Shown here one piece after another: positions 33,839 to 36,721 of a stretch of DNA of 36,721 nucleotides. The DNA is from Octopus bimaculoides (lineage: Eukaryota). The notes under the pieces were generated by a model. It was not told where the DNA came from and searched no databases. It saw nothing but the letters and a program-made list of their open reading frames with translations. How positions within the stretch are numbered: the stretch's first letter is position 1; each line of letters starts with the position of its first letter. The DNA lies in assembly GCF_001194135.2 (NCBI RefSeq), contig NC_068995.1:27593986-27630706 (forward strand), read 5' to 3'. Made by a program: the position numbers and the translations under genes.

Positions 33839-36650
33839 GAACGTATAATGACTCTACAGTTGCACTTGAAAGGTAGGCGGTTTGCTACTCTAATAAGTGC
33901 CTATGCACCTACTTTGATTAGCTGTGATGAAGATAAAACAATCTTTTATACCCAGCTGAGAGCCATATTTAGAAAAATCCCCAATTCTGATAAAATCATT
34001 CTACTGGGTTTTTTTAATGCCAGGGCTGGAACAGACTGGCAAACATGGAACTCTCTAGGATGTTTTGGAGTAGGGAAAATGAATAGCAATGGTCTCATGC
34101 TACTGGAGCTCTGCAAAGAACATGGATTTTACATAGCAAGCACTCATTTTATGCACAAAGGTGATTACACAACAACGTGGATGCATCCAAGGTCCAAAGT
34201 TTGGCATTGCTGGATTATGTCATCATCCGCAAGCGTGACATCTATGACATTTGTAATGTCAAGTCCTTTCATGGATCAGAATGCTGGACAGACCACAGTC
34301 TGGTGCGAGCAAAGTTCCGAATGATGATTAGAGTGAAAGAGAGAAGAGGACCAATCAGCATTCCTCGGTGTCTAAATGTCCACAAGGTATATGATGATGG
34401 GGTTAAGAAAGAGATTCAGACTCGCTTGTCCAGCATTGAAAATACTGCAGCATGGGAAGATTTTCGAGACCTGGTTCTTCAATGTGCAGCTGAAACACTG
34501 GGATATGTTAATGCTAGACNNNNNNNNNNAGCTGAAACACTGGGATATGTTAGTGCTAGACACAGAGACTAGTTTGATGAAAATGATGCTGAAGTTCAGC
34601 GACTATTGGTGGTAAAGCGCCATGCTCACAGTGTGTTGCTACACAGAGAACTAACTACTGTGCAGCAAAGTCTTGCACTTACCCACTATAGCAGTGTAAA
34701 ATCACTACTGCAGCGATCTCTCAGGAAGATGCAGAACACTTGGTGGGAGGATCTTGCTCATGATGTTCAGGCTGCTGCTGATGCAAATGANNNNNNNNNN
34801 TGCAGAACACTTGGTGGGAGGATCTTGCTCATGATGTTCAGGCTGCTGCTGATGCAAATGACAACAAGAAGCTTTACCATCTTATGAAGCGAACTTATGG
34901 ACCTAAGAGTTCCACATCAGCTCCTTTGCTTTCCAAGGAGACTTCCACTCTGTTTACTAAATCAACAGAAATCACAGGTCACTGGATCGAACACTTCTCT
35001 GAACTCCTAAACCATGAATCAGTTGTGGATGAAAAAGTGATTGATGCTATGCAACAAAGACCTATCATTGGCTCCTTAGACTCTTCGCCCTCAATAGATG
35101 AAGTAATGACATCAATAAGTAAATTGAATCTTGGTAGAGCGCCTGGAAAGGATGGAATTTGTGCTGAGGTCTTGCGATTTGGTGGTAATTACATCACACA
35201 GTCCCTTCATGAACTTATTAGTGCAGTCTGGAGGGATGGTGCAATCCATAAGGACTGGAAATATGCAATTATTATTCCTCTATATACAGGAAAAGGAGCC
35301 AGAACAAAGTGTGGTAACTACAGGGGTATTGCTCTACTACCAGCTGCTGGCAAGATTCTGGCAAATATTCTTCTTACCCGTCTGAAAGGGTGTCTCATAA
35401 ATGATGTCCTATCTGAATCTCAATGTGGCTTCCGATCTGGTAGAGGGACAATGGATATGATTTTCACAGCAAGACAGATGCAGGAGAAGTGCTATGAGCA
35501 GAATATGGATCTTGTCCAGGTATTCATTGATTTAACAAAGGCCTTTGATACAGTAAATAGGGCCTTTCTATGGAAAATACATGGCAGACTTGGATGTCTG
35601 GATCACTTTGTATCTATAATTAAATCATTTCATAATGGGATGGTGGCTTGGGTCAATGTTGGTGGTGGCATGGCGGGACCCATTCCTGTAGAGAATGGTG
35701 TCAAGTAGGGTGACATCCTTGCCCCAACTCTCTTTTCTTTGTGCTTTGATGCTACTTTTAATCAGGCTTTTGCTAAGGTTAGCTCTCTGGGAATATATGT
35801 CAGGTATCGATCTTCTGGCCGCCTCTTTAATTGTTGCCGATTTGCTGCCAATTCAAAGGTTCTCCAGTCTATTATTCATGACCTCCTTTATGCAGATGAC
35901 TGTGACTTAGTCACTCATACAGTGGATGACATGCAAATACTCATGAATTGCATTTCTGCTTCTTGCAAGGCATTTGGACTCAGCATTAGCCTGGACAAGA
36001 CTGTTGTAATGTTCCAGCCTGCACCAGGAAATCCACATGTGAAACCAGCTATCTTAGTTGAAGGAAAAATTGTGAAGGTAGTGGACAAGATTGTCTAACT
36101 GGGCAGCAGACTCAGCCGTTCTTGCTCCCTGGATGAGGAAATTTCTTTCAGGTTGCAAAGAGCAACTAATTCCTTCCAGTCTTTTTAGTCTCAAAAATTC
36201 CAGACACACAGGTCCTGAGGACAGCTGATATCTTGAGTATAGAGGTGATGGTGCACAAGCACCAGTTATGTTGGACTGGACACCTTATTAGAATGAAGTA
36301 TAGCAAGATTCCTAAGCAGATGCTGTATGGAGAACTTGTGAATGGAAGGAGACTCTGGCAGAAACCAAGGATTTGTGATATGCAGGACACTGACAAGGAG
36401 AACAATGCCTGTCATCGCCACAGATGGAGGGGGCAGGTAAAGTAGGGGATCAACAATTTTGAGAGAGCACGTATCTAGCATGAAGAACTTAAGCGAGCTG
36501 CGCAAAAGCTCAAACCTCGTATAGTGAATGGGGAAAGTTTGGTCTGCACTGTTTGCAGTCGTGTATGCTTGTCAAGAGCAGGGCTCATTAGCAACCAACA
36601 TAGCCACAAATGCAAAATATAAGTTAGTCCTAAAGCACACAATGTTCCTG
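33839..36650 (+). mobile_element. RTE family B (BovB-like) near full-length pseudo-ORF: AP endonuclease, RT, zinc finger
   Basis: Endonuclease: ERIMTL, LISAYAPT, DKIILLGxFNARxG, LDYVI, WTDH. RT: SQCGFRSGRGTMDM, FIDLTKAFDTVNR, GVK*GDILAPTLF, DLLYADD. Frameshifts and an internal deletion at ~36185 are present. Confidence 0.92.
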
Positions 36651-36681
36651 TATACATATATATGATATATATATATAATCC

Positions 36682-36721
<40 letters not shown>

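Noticed and set aside
34487-34860. Short direct duplications inside RTE-B flanking the two 10-N gaps
   Set aside because: Each duplication straddles a placeholder gap, the typical signature of scaffolding overlap.

Overview
Eukaryotic, AT-rich, microsatellite-dense genomic DNA with several N gaps. The repeat families and (TA)n/(CA)n load look like an Octopus-type cephalopod draft assembly (inference). There is one convincing host-gene segment: a minus-strand first coding exon (13658-14071, 138 codons, good Kozak context, GT donor). A promoter-like motif cluster (ETS-CRE, NRF1-like) lies ~1.3 kb upstream, inside a TE-free zone that retains CpG. Nearly everything else is decayed mobile DNA: two main RTE-clade LINE families plus a fragment of a third, CR1-like LINEs, a tRNA-derived SINE that shares its 3' tail with the CR1-like LINE, maT/DD37D, Tc1 DD36E and pogo/Tigger remnants, foldback MITEs, Penelope-like (GIY-YIG) remnants and probable Helitron-like pieces. 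The most striking observation is two different minimal type-I hammerhead ribozyme motifs (19770-19812 and 22397-22438, both minus strand). Each is paired with a 5'-truncated inverted copy of itself, and one is attached to a Penelope-like endonuclease remnant. Element boundaries are read by eye and approximate unless exact motifs are quoted.
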